This document shows, piece after piece, positions 1 through 8,932 of a DNA stretch of 64,000 nucleotides (position 1 is its first letter; the number at the start of each line of letters is the position of its first letter). A program made the position numbers and the translations under genes. The notes below the pieces were generated by a model that saw only the letters and a list, made by a program, of their open reading frames with translations, did no database searches and was not told the origin of the DNA. The stretch is from contig DFOS01000026.1 in the NCBI GenBank assembly GCA_002376845.1, positions 66,327-130,326 of the forward strand, given 5' to 3'. This DNA is from Bdellovibrionaceae bacterium UBA3535. Its GTDB lineage: Bacteria > Bdellovibrionota > Bdellovibrionia > Bdellovibrionales > UBA840.

Positions 1-63
1 ACAAATAATACATAAAATACGTAGATCAATGTAATTAGAAACGTACGCAGAAGATAGTCTTTT

Positions 64-1155
64 TTATAAAGCAAAGAGTGACTGACAATAAGCGCCGGCA
101 AATTTGGCCCGCCTACGCTCAGATTTACGCAAAGTAAATTTGTCCAAAGTTTCCCGTATTCTTGGGTCCGTGACGTATTTGTAAACAACAAAACCAGCAG
201 CGCCCAAGCCATACATGCCATACTCGACAAATGGCACTCCAAAGAGCATCAATTGTGCCAAGGAATTAAACGCCACACTAATACCTATGGAGGTTTTAAT
301 ATTGAACAAGTCCATGGGATTGGCATTACGAACATCTTCTAAAACTTTTTGCGCTGTATACTTCAGCTGAGCCCCACGCCAAAAATGCTTCATCGCCAAA
401 CTTTGTGCGGTTACCCAGGCTGTTTCAGCAAATAAATAGCCCCAATGAAAACCATGATTGCCAATGGCGTGTTGCGCTGCCACCTGAATTAAAAAGCCCG
501 CCACCGTTCCCACAGCTAGCTGTTTGCCATAGGTTACGGAATGATTATAAAATTCTTTTAACTTTTCGCTAACCTTGGGCTGCCACTTGTGATGCCCAAT
601 CCACTTAAAATAAGGTTTATTAAAATTCGTCCATACTGCTGAAATGGTGGTGGCCAATATGCCAACATAGGCACTATGAAGCAAATCCGCTCCCATACCA
701 AAAAATACCGTGGTTAATGTAGAGCCACCCGCCAATACGGCGCTAACCACTACCAGACCACGTTTTTTTCTTTCATATTGTTCATCACTAATTGCAGGAA
801 GGGGTGCTTCTAAAAAGCTGGTTCTTTCTTTTGAGTTCTTCACATATTCAAGGGTTTCTAGGGCCTCATCTATATTTTTTGCCTTTGAGGCCTCCCCCAT
901 AACAATGAACTCAACGTTAGCTCCTTGCTGGTGAGCTTCGCGAACTTTTCGCTCTAGCCAAGAGCGATCATATTCCTCACCAATGTTCGCATCGATCTCT
1001 ACTTTTAGCTTTTTGTTAGATTTTCTTCCTAAATCATCTACTAATGGAATCTCAGTAGATATCTTGATGGCTTCGCTACTCACCACCGGGTCTTTGCCTT
1101 GCCCCCAAGAGACGGTCGATATCATCAATATTAGAACAACGATGATTTTTTTCAT
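64..1155 (-). CDS. Signal-peptide membrane protein of unknown function (periplasmic N-domain plus polytopic C-terminal half)
   Basis: Lies in ORF 64..1215. The internal Met at 1155 gives a classic signal peptide, 'MKKIIVVLILMISTVSWGQG'. Several hydrophobic segments occur in the C-terminal half. No family recognised. Confidence 0.5.
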   Translation of the reverse strand: MKKIIVVLILMISTVSWGQGKDPVVSSEAIKISTEIPLVDDLGRKSNKKLKVEIDANIGEEYDRSWLERKVREAHQQGANVEFIVMGEASKAKNIDEALETLEYVKNSKERTSFLEAPLPAISDEQYERKKRGLVVVSAVLAGGSTLTTVFFGMGADLLHSAYVGILATTISAVWTNFNKPYFKWIGHHKWQPKVSEKLKEFYNHSVTYGKQLAVGTVAGFLIQVAAQHAIGNHGFHWGYLFAETAWVTAQSLAMKHFWRGAQLKYTAQKVLEDVRNANPMDLFNIKTSIGISVAFNSLAQLMLFGVPFVEYGMYGLGAAGFVVYKYVTDPRIRETLDKFTLRKSERRRAKFAGAYCQSLFAL

Positions 1156-1425
1156 GTGTGAATAAATTCTATTGGTTCCCATATTTCCCCAAGCAAAGAT
1201 TGCCATCTGCTCCAAGAAAACCGTAGGAAAAAGTAAGTTGCTAGCATTTTTTTGTGGTTATTTTATGTTTTTTACCGTGTAAAAAGTACAATAATTCCTA
1301 TATTTTTTATAATTTGCCTTAGAATAAAGCTATCACCGTAATAACTTATTTGTATAAGTCGCATCATTTTTCTTCGATTGCCTCTCCTCTAGGCGCTCTA
1401 TATATATGGAGGAAAAGGGAGGTTC

Positions 1426-2382
1426 ATGATGGCAAACAGGCAAGTACCGGAGCTCAGCCTACAATCCTACATACATGGAGATGAAAAAGAAAAACAACGC
1501 TTCTCTGAGGATTTATTTCTCGGCTTAAAAGAATATGGTTTTATCATTTTAAAAGATCACCTGGTCAGCACGGATCTTTTGGACGAAGCCTATCTTAAAT
1601 TGGAGCAGTTTTTTTCGCTGAATGAAGAGCAAAAGCGTGCCTATATATCAGAAGCCGGAAGTGGACAGCGAGGTTATACTCCCTTTGGTGAAGAGCATGC
1701 TAAAGATGCCGAGGTACATGATTTAAAAGAATTTTGGCATGTAGGCAGAGAAATCTCTCAAGACCACCCTTTTAAAAAGTATTATCCCGATAATATTTGG
1801 CCTAGCGAAGATTTGGTGCCGAAATTTAAATCCATATTTCACCGGCTTTATACGGAGCTGGATCAGGCGGGACAATACTTATTGGAAGCCCTAACAACGC
1901 CCCTTGAAGTGGAGAAAGACTACTTTGCCAAAATGACCAAAGACGGCAACTCCATACTCCGCCTACTACACTATCCGCCAATTCCCGAAGACGCAGACCC
2001 TCGCTGCGTGCGAGCTGCGGCCCATGAGGATATAAACTTGATCACCATACTTGTTGCGGCCTCCCAGTCTGGTTTACAGCTAAAAGATCGTGATGGCAGT
2101 TGGCTAGATGTAGAGACCGCTAAAAACAATCTCATCGTCGATGCTGGCGACATGCTATCGCGAATTTGCAATGATGTGATCCCCTCCACAACTCATAGGG
2201 TGATCAACCCAGGAGAAGGGGCCAATGTCTCGCGCTACTCCATGCCCTACTTTATGCATCCGCACCCGGAGGCTGTACTGGAGTGCATTCCATCATGCCG
2301 CGGGGCTGGAGAAAAATATGTCCCCATTTCTTCCCATGACTTTTTAATGCAAAGATTAAGAGAAATTGGCCTAACTAAATAG
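1426..2382 (+). CDS. 2OG-Fe(II) oxygenase, isopenicillin-N-synthase-like family
   Basis: 318 aa. HxD...H iron-triad context 'AAHEDINLITIL' ... 'PSTTHRV', plus 'LLHYPPIP'. A GGGAGG Shine-Dalgarno lies just upstream of the ATG. Confidence 0.8.
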   Translation: MMANRQVPELSLQSYIHGDEKEKQRFSEDLFLGLKEYGFIILKDHLVSTDLLDEAYLKLEQFFSLNEEQKRAYISEAGSGQRGYTPFGEEHAKDAEVHDLKEFWHVGREISQDHPFKKYYPDNIWPSEDLVPKFKSIFHRLYTELDQAGQYLLEALTTPLEVEKDYFAKMTKDGNSILRLLHYPPIPEDADPRCVRAAAHEDINLITILVAASQSGLQLKDRDGSWLDVETAKNNLIVDAGDMLSRICNDVIPSTTHRVINPGEGANVSRYSMPYFMHPHPEAVLECIPSCRGAGEKYVPISSHDFLMQRLREIGLTK

Positions 2383-3154
2383 AACACTGTAGAACGGACT
2401 GGCTAAGATGATCTAGCCAGTCCCAAAGATTATTGAACTTCTTGCCATCAATATCTCCATAATACCGATGCACTTTTACTTTACCAACAACCTGCAAAAA
2501 CTTGTTTAGCTGCTGCTCACTAGTATGTTGATCCACCAACAAGCATTTAACATTTTCCTTATCGATGCGATCTTTTACAGACATCAGATGCTGGATGCCA
2601 GGAAAAACCCCGTGTTGCTTTTCTACTCTTAATAAAATTTCTATGTCTTTGTCTGCAGCAAAGGAATCCATAGAACTATGAAAAACTGCTATTTTTTTTC
2701 CTGCTAGCTTTGGTAGGTGTTTACCTTTCCAATGATTTAACTTTTTGAGAAAAGCACTTATATCTTTTTTCTCTTGCCTGGCAATTTCCTCACTCAAGCG
2801 CTGAAGAATGCCCAGGTTAGCTAGGTAATGTGCTTGGCTTGCAACAAACAACCTTTCAGAAACATCCACAACCTTTATTTTTGGCCACTGCTTCTTGATA
2901 TTTTCTATGAAATGCTTCTCTAAATAGTATGACTGAACGTAAATGCGCTCTAAGTTTTGCCAACGAACCAAATCCTTTGCTGTAAGTTGATAATGATGTG
3001 GGTCCGAGCCAGGGGGCAGTATGGCTACAACTTTTTGAAAGCCAAGAGCCTGAAACCAAGCCTTCATCGCCTGATTGCTAACGACCCAGGTCTTGTCAGC
3101 TAAGGCGATGTTTGTAAATAGGAGTAGAATGAATAGACTTGCGCTAAATCTCAC
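2375..3154 (-). CDS. Periplasmic metal-binding protein, ZnuA/TroA (cluster-9 SBP) family, orphan
   Basis: 'PPGSDPHHYQLTAKDLVRW', 'AVFHSSMDSFA' and 'VKCLLVDQHTSEQ' follow the ZnuA/TroA layout. A GTG at 3154 gives the signal peptide '(M)RFSASLFILLLFTNIALA'. The longer track ORF (to 3457) runs into scpB and is rejected. Confidence 0.55.
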   Translation of the reverse strand: MRFSASLFILLLFTNIALADKTWVVSNQAMKAWFQALGFQKVVAILPPGSDPHHYQLTAKDLVRWQNLERIYVQSYYLEKHFIENIKKQWPKIKVVDVSERLFVASQAHYLANLGILQRLSEEIARQEKKDISAFLKKLNHWKGKHLPKLAGKKIAVFHSSMDSFAADKDIEILLRVEKQHGVFPGIQHLMSVKDRIDKENVKCLLVDQHTSEQQLNKFLQVVGKVKVHRYYGDIDGKKFNNLWDWLDHLSQSVLQCSI

Positions 3155-4454
3155 GATCTTTGTTTTCGGCGTCGAAATCAAAAGTGTCAAGCTCCTCCTC
3201 TTCGACAAAGTCAACATCAGTAAGATCTTCACTGGCTGGATGCATCTCTGCAGAATCACTGAAAACAGCCATTTGTGATTGCAGATCTTGAAGATTTTCC
3301 CCTTCCAGCACGGCGGGAGCTTCATTATCCTCTGCACTTTCTGCTTGCGAACCATCTGCCTCGGCAGAAAGCTCTTCTTGCTCTTTCGAGTCTTCAGACT
3401 CTTGCTGATTTGCCTCGGCCTCCTGCGCAGCAGCCTTTTCTGCCATTCGAGCTTCATATTTTTCTAGCCAATTTCTATCTCGACTGGATACCTCTTCTTC
3501 AAACTCGATGGCCTCACGAATTTCACGTGCCTTTATGGCATCCCGGCGCTCTTTTTCTTTCTGCTTTTCTTGCTCAAAAAATTCCGTGGTGGTATCGATC
3601 TCCGCTAGCTTGTCAGAAATCTTACCCAACTCTTCTTCACTTTCCGAATAGGACTCACCTTGTTCAAGACCTAAATTGGCACTAACACTGGCTAAGTCTT
3701 CCTCTTCTTTTTGCTCGCCAATACCTTCAGGAATCAATTCATCTATTTCACTCAAAGAGGGTAGTTCATTCAGGTTGCGCAGACCAAATACTTCAAGAAA
3801 ATATTTGGTGGTACCATAAAGCATGGGTTTACCTGGCAATTCTGATTTGCCCACAAATTTTATCAAACGCTTATCCATAAGAGCACGCATTAAGTGCCCC
3901 GACTCAACACCACGAATTTGGTCCACTTCGTTTTTAATGATGGGTTGCTTGTAAGCCACAATGGCCATAACTTCCAGAGCCGGACCAGATAGTTTAAAAG
4001 GTCGCGCCTTTTGCATACGTTTTAAGTAATCAACATTGTCCACTTTCGTGCGAACTTGATAGCCGCCTTGCACTTCCTCAATGGAAACTCCACGCCGGGC
4101 CCCAGCATATTCTACCATCAAAGCATCCAATGCTTTTCGAATTTTATCTTTTTTGACTTGGGTGCCTTGAAAAGCCTGACGTATATGGTTCAAAGTAATC
4201 GGCTTGTCCGAGGCAAACAAAACGCTCTCGACAATGGATTCAACTTTATCATCATCTAAGAATTCTTTTTCTTCGATCTCAGCCGATTCAAATGTTGCTA
4301 ACTCCGTTCCCTCACTTGCTTGCCCATCTTCGGCTTCGTCAAACTCCATAATGGGATCATCTTCTTCTTCACTATCCGCATAATCCTCTAAAAGCGCCTC
4401 TTCATTGAAGTCTTCATTCTCGTCCATCGCTTTTTTCTCTTCATTTCCCGACAT
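3144..4454 (-). CDS. scpB: Segregation and condensation protein B with long acidic N- and C-terminal extensions
   Basis: The core 'SIVESVLFASDKPITL...GVSIEEVQGGYQVRTK...FKLSGPALEVMAIVAYKQPIIKNEVDQIRGV...LPGKPMLYGTTKYFLEVFGL' is canonical ScpB. It lies directly downstream of scpA. Confidence 0.9.
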   Translation of the reverse strand: MSGNEEKKAMDENEDFNEEALLEDYADSEEEDDPIMEFDEAEDGQASEGTELATFESAEIEEKEFLDDDKVESIVESVLFASDKPITLNHIRQAFQGTQVKKDKIRKALDALMVEYAGARRGVSIEEVQGGYQVRTKVDNVDYLKRMQKARPFKLSGPALEVMAIVAYKQPIIKNEVDQIRGVESGHLMRALMDKRLIKFVGKSELPGKPMLYGTTKYFLEVFGLRNLNELPSLSEIDELIPEGIGEQKEEEDLASVSANLGLEQGESYSESEEELGKISDKLAEIDTTTEFFEQEKQKEKERRDAIKAREIREAIEFEEEVSSRDRNWLEKYEARMAEKAAAQEAEANQQESEDSKEQEELSAEADGSQAESAEDNEAPAVLEGENLQDLQSQMAVFSDSAEMHPASEDLTDVDFVEEEELDTFDFDAENKDREI

Positions 4455-4455
4455 T

Positions 4456-5448
4456 TTAAACCTCTTGGTCTCTTAATTCTTCGTCCGTAATATTCAATTC
4501 TTTTTCCGCCGCCTCGATTTCTTCATCCGTGGCAGCTTCTGTCGATTGCATCATTTCTTCTTCACGGTCACTAAGTGTGGCTTTTAAGGTTTCCACTGGT
4601 TTTTCAGGCAAATCCTCCGACTCTTCTTGCAGATACTTTCTTTCATCCTCACTCAATGCAGAACTTAGTGGTTTGGCAGAGTCTGCTGCTGCTTCCACAC
4701 TGTCATATTCCTCCACTTGTGCGGTGATCTTATCTGTTATTTCTCTGTAGGCATCAATATAAAGTGCCCCGCAAGCCTCTTGTTGGCGAAGCTTCACAAA
4801 GCCAAGCTTTCCTAACTCTAGCGTCGACAAAAAGGTAATGATCAGTCTTCTTACATCATCGGCTTCATTTAATAAGTCTCGCAACTCCACGGAGACGCCC
4901 ACTTTTAGGCGGTCTTTAATTTCTAAAATTCGAGAAGCAATGGTTTGCAATTTGGTGGCTACTTTATGAGTTGCCTTTTCTGCTCGGCGAATCACACTTC
5001 GGTACATTTTAATCAGAGAAAACAATGCCCCTTCTTCCTCCAGCAAGAGTTCCGACTCAACTTCTGGCAAAGACTCTTTGCGGCCGCGCTTAAAAGTATC
5101 CCGCCCCAGTAGTGGGCGATCGTACAAGTTTTGACCTGCTTCTTGATACTTTTGGTACTCTAGCAGTCTTTGTACAAGGGGTTTACGTGGGTCTTCCGTC
5201 TCTTCCTCTTCTCCGTCCTCACCATAGGAGGGCAAAAGCATCTTGGCTTTGATTTGAATCAAAGTAGCCGCCATGGCAATGAAATCCCCAGCCTGCTCCA
5301 GATCGATGGTCTTTAAGCGCTTCACATATTCAAGGTATTGATGGGTAATCTTATGAATCTCAATGTCATAAATATCCATCTCTTCTTTGCGTATAAGATA
5401 AAGCAACAAGGCCATAGGGCCTTCAAATTGTTTGAGATGCACCTGCAT
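4456..5448 (-). CDS. scpA: Segregation and condensation protein A (kleisin)
   Basis: N-terminus 'QFEGPMALLLYLIRKEEMDIYDIEIHKITHQYLEYV' is typical of ScpA. The ATG at 5448 overlaps the trpS stop by 1 nt (TGATG). A TTG at 5463 is the alternative start. Confidence 0.85.
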   Translation of the reverse strand: MQVHLKQFEGPMALLLYLIRKEEMDIYDIEIHKITHQYLEYVKRLKTIDLEQAGDFIAMAATLIQIKAKMLLPSYGEDGEEEETEDPRKPLVQRLLEYQKYQEAGQNLYDRPLLGRDTFKRGRKESLPEVESELLLEEEGALFSLIKMYRSVIRRAEKATHKVATKLQTIASRILEIKDRLKVGVSVELRDLLNEADDVRRLIITFLSTLELGKLGFVKLRQQEACGALYIDAYREITDKITAQVEEYDSVEAAADSAKPLSSALSEDERKYLQEESEDLPEKPVETLKATLSDREEEMMQSTEAATDEEIEAAEKELNITDEELRDQEV

Positions 5449-6464
5449 CACGAATCCCCCCAAGGACTATAATCAGAAAAGCCCATCATTTCTCGCACAT
5501 ATGCCAATGTTTTTTGCGCCTCCGTACGAGCTCTTCTGGAACCCTCTACAATTATAGAATCAAGCTTGCGGGAATCTTTCAACAAGTCTTTCTTTTTCGC
5601 TAAGGCATCGGCCATTTTTTCGTTAATATTTGCTGCCAATTTAAGCTTACAGTCCCCACAACCAATCCCCGCTGTGGTGCAGCCCTTCATAACCCACTGC
5701 AAATCCTCGTTGGTAGAGTAGAGTTTGTGAAAATCATAGACGGGGCAAACCTCAGGATTGCCGGGATCTTCACGGGTAACTCGCTGTGGATCGGTGACCA
5801 TCTTTTTGCAAAGCTTTTCAATTTTTTTGGGCTCTGCTGTTAATGGCAAGACATTACCATAGGATTTTGACATCTTACGGCCATCGGTTCCTGTAATTAA
5901 TGGAGTTTCTGTAAGAAGCGGTTTGGGCTCTGGCAATTTGGCTTTGTATAGGCGATTGAAGCGCCGAACAATTTCCCGCGATATTTCCAAATGCGCCACC
6001 TGATCTTTTCCCACAGGCACCAAAGAGGCCTGATAGATACTAATGTCGGCAGTTTGTAGTACAGGATAAGAAAAACGCCCAAGATTGTAGGCATCGCTTT
6101 GCTGTAGCTCTTCTTTAGCATCCTTCCAAGTTGTCACTCGCTCCAGCCACCCCATGGGAGTGAGATTGGCAAAGATCATGGAAAGCTCAAGGTGCTCCGG
6201 CACCATCGATTGAATGAAGATGACATTTTTTTCTGGGTCCAAGCCCCAAGCTATCCAGTCCGCGATAATGTCTTTGGTATACTCATCTATTTCTTTGGGT
6301 TTTTTATAAGCATTGGTCATCGCATGCCAATCCATCGCACCAAAAAAACATTCGTATTGTTTTTGCAGCTCCAACCAATTCTTTAGAGCACCAAAGTAGT
6401 TACCAATGTGTAGAGACTGCGTGGTACGCATACCACTCATGACTCGCGGCTGTTTTTCACTCAT
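5448..6464 (-). CDS. trpS: Tryptophan--tRNA ligase
   Basis: HIGH-type 'SLHIGNYFGAL' and 'KMSKS' motifs, size about 338 aa. The ATG at 6464 forms an ATGA overlap with the upstream M50 gene stop. Confidence 0.9.
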   Translation of the reverse strand: MSEKQPRVMSGMRTTQSLHIGNYFGALKNWLELQKQYECFFGAMDWHAMTNAYKKPKEIDEYTKDIIADWIAWGLDPEKNVIFIQSMVPEHLELSMIFANLTPMGWLERVTTWKDAKEELQQSDAYNLGRFSYPVLQTADISIYQASLVPVGKDQVAHLEISREIVRRFNRLYKAKLPEPKPLLTETPLITGTDGRKMSKSYGNVLPLTAEPKKIEKLCKKMVTDPQRVTREDPGNPEVCPVYDFHKLYSTNEDLQWVMKGCTTAGIGCGDCKLKLAANINEKMADALAKKKDLLKDSRKLDSIIVEGSRRARTEAQKTLAYVREMMGFSDYSPWGDS

Positions 6465-7126
6465 ATTAAAATCCTCTCCGCAATACCCACTAATAGTTGA
6501 TAACCCCAAAAAATAGGATAGCGAAGTAGAGCCAAAAAGCCACTAATAAATAAAAACAGCAGAGCAAAGCTAAGAATTTGCTGGTTCTCTTCCAATTTAC
6601 GGTTGATATGATAGGGCAAAAACCTAGCAATGACCTTACCACCATCTAAAGGATGAATGGGAATCATATTGAACAATGCTAGGGCTAAATTTAAGGGAAT
6701 AAATACCTCTAAGAATTTGATCGCAGCTGTTTGCATCCCCCAATTGGGTAAATAATGAAAAACTCCCACCAACAAAAATGCGCCAACAATGGCCAAGAGC
6801 ACATTGGAGAGAGGGCCTGCCAAGGCAATCCAAAACATATCTGTACGGGCATTTTTTAGGTTTCGCTCATTTACCGGCACGGGATTGGCCCAACCAAAAA
6901 ACACCGGCACATTCATAACAATCACCATAAGCGGCAACAAAAAGGTGCCTATGGGGTGGGCGTGTGACATGGGGTTCATGGTCAAACGCCCCATGGATTT
7001 GGCAGTATCATCGCCTAATTTTAATGCCACCCAAGCGTGGGCAAATTCGTGAAAACACAAAGAAAATAAAAAAGGTATAAAGAATATTGCGACTTTGGCG
7101 GCCAGTTCCATTACGTCCATAAACAT
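6461..7126 (-). CDS. M50 family (site-2 protease-like) membrane zinc metalloprotease
   Basis: 'HEFAHAW' HExxH motif in a TM helix, 'HPLDGGKV' second motif, polytopic, 221 aa. Confidence 0.8.
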   Translation of the reverse strand: MFMDVMELAAKVAIFFIPFLFSLCFHEFAHAWVALKLGDDTAKSMGRLTMNPMSHAHPIGTFLLPLMVIVMNVPVFFGWANPVPVNERNLKNARTDMFWIALAGPLSNVLLAIVGAFLLVGVFHYLPNWGMQTAAIKFLEVFIPLNLALALFNMIPIHPLDGGKVIARFLPYHINRKLEENQQILSFALLFLFISGFLALLRYPIFWGYQLLVGIAERILI

Positions 7127-7656
7127 GAAATTAGCCTAGGGCGCCAACGGAGTCTAGGTTAGCTTTTGCTTTTCCGCGTGTATTTCTTAGAGGGGTGAAC
7201 AGAAATGCCGCACCAAGTGCTCCCTTTTGATGTTGCTAAAGCCTCCCCTTCCATCGCCATTCCAAGAACTTGCTCGAATTTTCTGAGATTGCCCGAAGCG
7301 GAAAGCAAAAAGGCGCAGAATTTCTAAGAATTTTAAGTGCTTAGAAGCTTTGCTGCGCCAATAACAACAATAAAAGGGAGCAGTTTATAAAGCCCATTGC
7401 TCCTTAAGACTATGCGCCAAATCACTATTGCTAGAATCTATATAGCAATTACAGAGGAAGCGGTAAGATTTTCACCTCCTCCGAATTTCATATTACATAG
7501 TCTTAACTTGCGTTACACTAGCAATTACTTTTTCTGGGAGTGACGATTTTCGGCCTTGCGGAACGCATATTGTACGTATGTTGAGTTCATCTGGATCTGA
7601 TTTGGATCTCACATTGGCCTAAGATTTGCTCTTAGTAATAGTAACCCCCCCAAGAG

Positions 7657-7702
7657 GCGGTCGGTCGTCCCCCCCCCTTTAGACCGGCCGCTTCGACTTT
7701 TT
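7657..7702 (+). terminator. Terminator-like hairpin with a poly-C loop (candidate 3' end of an intergenic transcript)
   Basis: A 10-bp stem, 7657-7666 'GCGGTCGGTC' pairing with 7682-7691 'GACCGGCCGC' (one G-U pair). The loop is 15 nt and contains a C9 run. A T5 run at 7698-7702 is separated from the stem by 6 nt, so the terminator is imperfect. Confidence 0.3.
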
Positions 7703-7775
7703 ATTCCTCGAAAACTTGCCACTAAAGCTTTTCCTTTCTATTCTCTGATCCATTCTAATTATCAAGGAGCAGAAA

Positions 7776-8927
7776 TTGACTGAAAATCGTGCTTTAACCA
7801 GTTTTAGTGAAGATGAAGTAGCCTTTCGTGAAGCCGTTCGTGCTTTTGCCCAAGGAGAAATTGGTCCCTTAAAAACATCCATGGACACCAACGCCGCAAT
7901 GGATGCAAGCATCTTACCCAAATTATTTGAAATGGGACTTATGGGAATTGAAATCCCAGAACAGTATAGTGGCTCGGCAACATCCTTTACCATGGCGTGC
8001 ATTGCCGTAGAAGAAATCTCACGTGTGGATGGAGCCGTTGGGGTTTTATGTGATGTACAAAACACTTTGGTGGCCAATGCATTTTTAAAACATTGTACGG
8101 AAGAGCAAAAACAAAAATTCCTTCCTATGCTTGCGACGGAAAAAGTCGGTGCCTACGCACTATCGGAGTCCTCCTCGGGATCGGACGCTTTTGCACTCAA
8201 ACTTCGTGCGGAGGAGAGAGGCGATCAATACATTTTGAATGGCCATAAACTATGGATCACCAATGCCAATGAAGCTGATATCTTTTTGGTCTTTGCCAAT
8301 ATAAATCCAGATGCAGGCTATAAGGGAATTACAGCATTCATCGTTGAGCGCGGCATGAAAGGTTTTAATATTGGCAAGAAAGAAGACAAATTAGGAATTC
8401 GTGCTAGTTCCACCTGCGAGTTAACCTTTGAAAACTGCGAAGTGCCGAAGGCGAATGTTTTGGGCGAAGTGGGTAAGGGCTATAAGATTGCCATCGAGAC
8501 ATTGAACGAGGGCCGTATTGGCATTGGCGCACAGATGATAGGTATTGCGAGCGGTGCCTATGAAGCCACTTTGGATTATATCAAAGGGCGCGAGCAATTT
8601 GGAAAATCCATTAGCTCCTTTCAAGGCGTACAATTTCAATTGGCAGAAATGCGCATTGAGCTAGAGGCTGCAAGACTGATGGTATACAATGCTGCCCGCT
8701 TAAAGGATGAAGGTAAAAACTTCGTGCAAGAAGCAGCTATGGCAAAATACTATTCTTCGAAGGCGGCAGAGAAGATCACCTCCATGGCGATTGACTTGTT
8801 TGGCGGAAATGGTTTTACCAAAGAATATCCAGTAGAAAAATACTGGCGTGATGCCAAGATTGGTCAAATCTATGAGGGCACCTCCAATATGCAGCTGCAA
8901 ACCATAGCCAAGCTCGAATTGGCTTAG
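7776..8927 (+). CDS. Acyl-CoA dehydrogenase (short/medium-chain type)
   Basis: 383 aa. 'YALSESSSGSDAF', 'GIRASSTCELTFENCEVP' and 'IYEGTSNMQLQTIAK' are typical ACAD motifs. TTG start is preceded by AAGGAG with a 6-nt spacer. Confidence 0.9.
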   Translation: MTENRALTSFSEDEVAFREAVRAFAQGEIGPLKTSMDTNAAMDASILPKLFEMGLMGIEIPEQYSGSATSFTMACIAVEEISRVDGAVGVLCDVQNTLVANAFLKHCTEEQKQKFLPMLATEKVGAYALSESSSGSDAFALKLRAEERGDQYILNGHKLWITNANEADIFLVFANINPDAGYKGITAFIVERGMKGFNIGKKEDKLGIRASSTCELTFENCEVPKANVLGEVGKGYKIAIETLNEGRIGIGAQMIGIASGAYEATLDYIKGREQFGKSISSFQGVQFQLAEMRIELEAARLMVYNAARLKDEGKNFVQEAAMAKYYSSKAAEKITSMAIDLFGGNGFTKEYPVEKYWRDAKIGQIYEGTSNMQLQTIAKLELA

Positions 8928-8932
8928 CTTTT

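Noticed and set aside
3155-3457. The N-terminal ~100 codons of track ORF 2375..3457, a basic Lys/Arg-rich extension.
   Set aside because: It lies entirely inside the well-supported scpB coding region in another frame. A GTG at 3154 gives a proper signal peptide for the ZnuA-like protein.
7127-7775. Whether the long intergenic region is a tmRNA, RNase P RNA, SRP RNA or a T-box leader for trpS.
   Set aside because: I found no 'GGAAAGTCCGG' (RNase P). There is no tRNA-like 'GGTTCGA..CC...CCACCA' end or plausible tag ORF ending in Ala-Ala (tmRNA). There is no 'GGUGGNACCGCG' T-box sequence on either strand. The only SRP-like string ('GAGGAAGCGG') lacks the surrounding helix. It stays an unclassified candidate.
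7679-8077. A 132-aa ORF antisense to the acyl-CoA dehydrogenase start. Many similar 60-150-aa antisense or overlapping ORFs appear in the track (for example 710..934, 1971..2189, 13931..14197, 14109..14447, 16763..17110, 18931..19374, 42339..42740, 56074..56454 and 61469..61813).
   Set aside because: Each is fully embedded in, or antisense to, a longer ORF with clear family motifs. They have odd composition and no SD/start context. I treat them as spurious.
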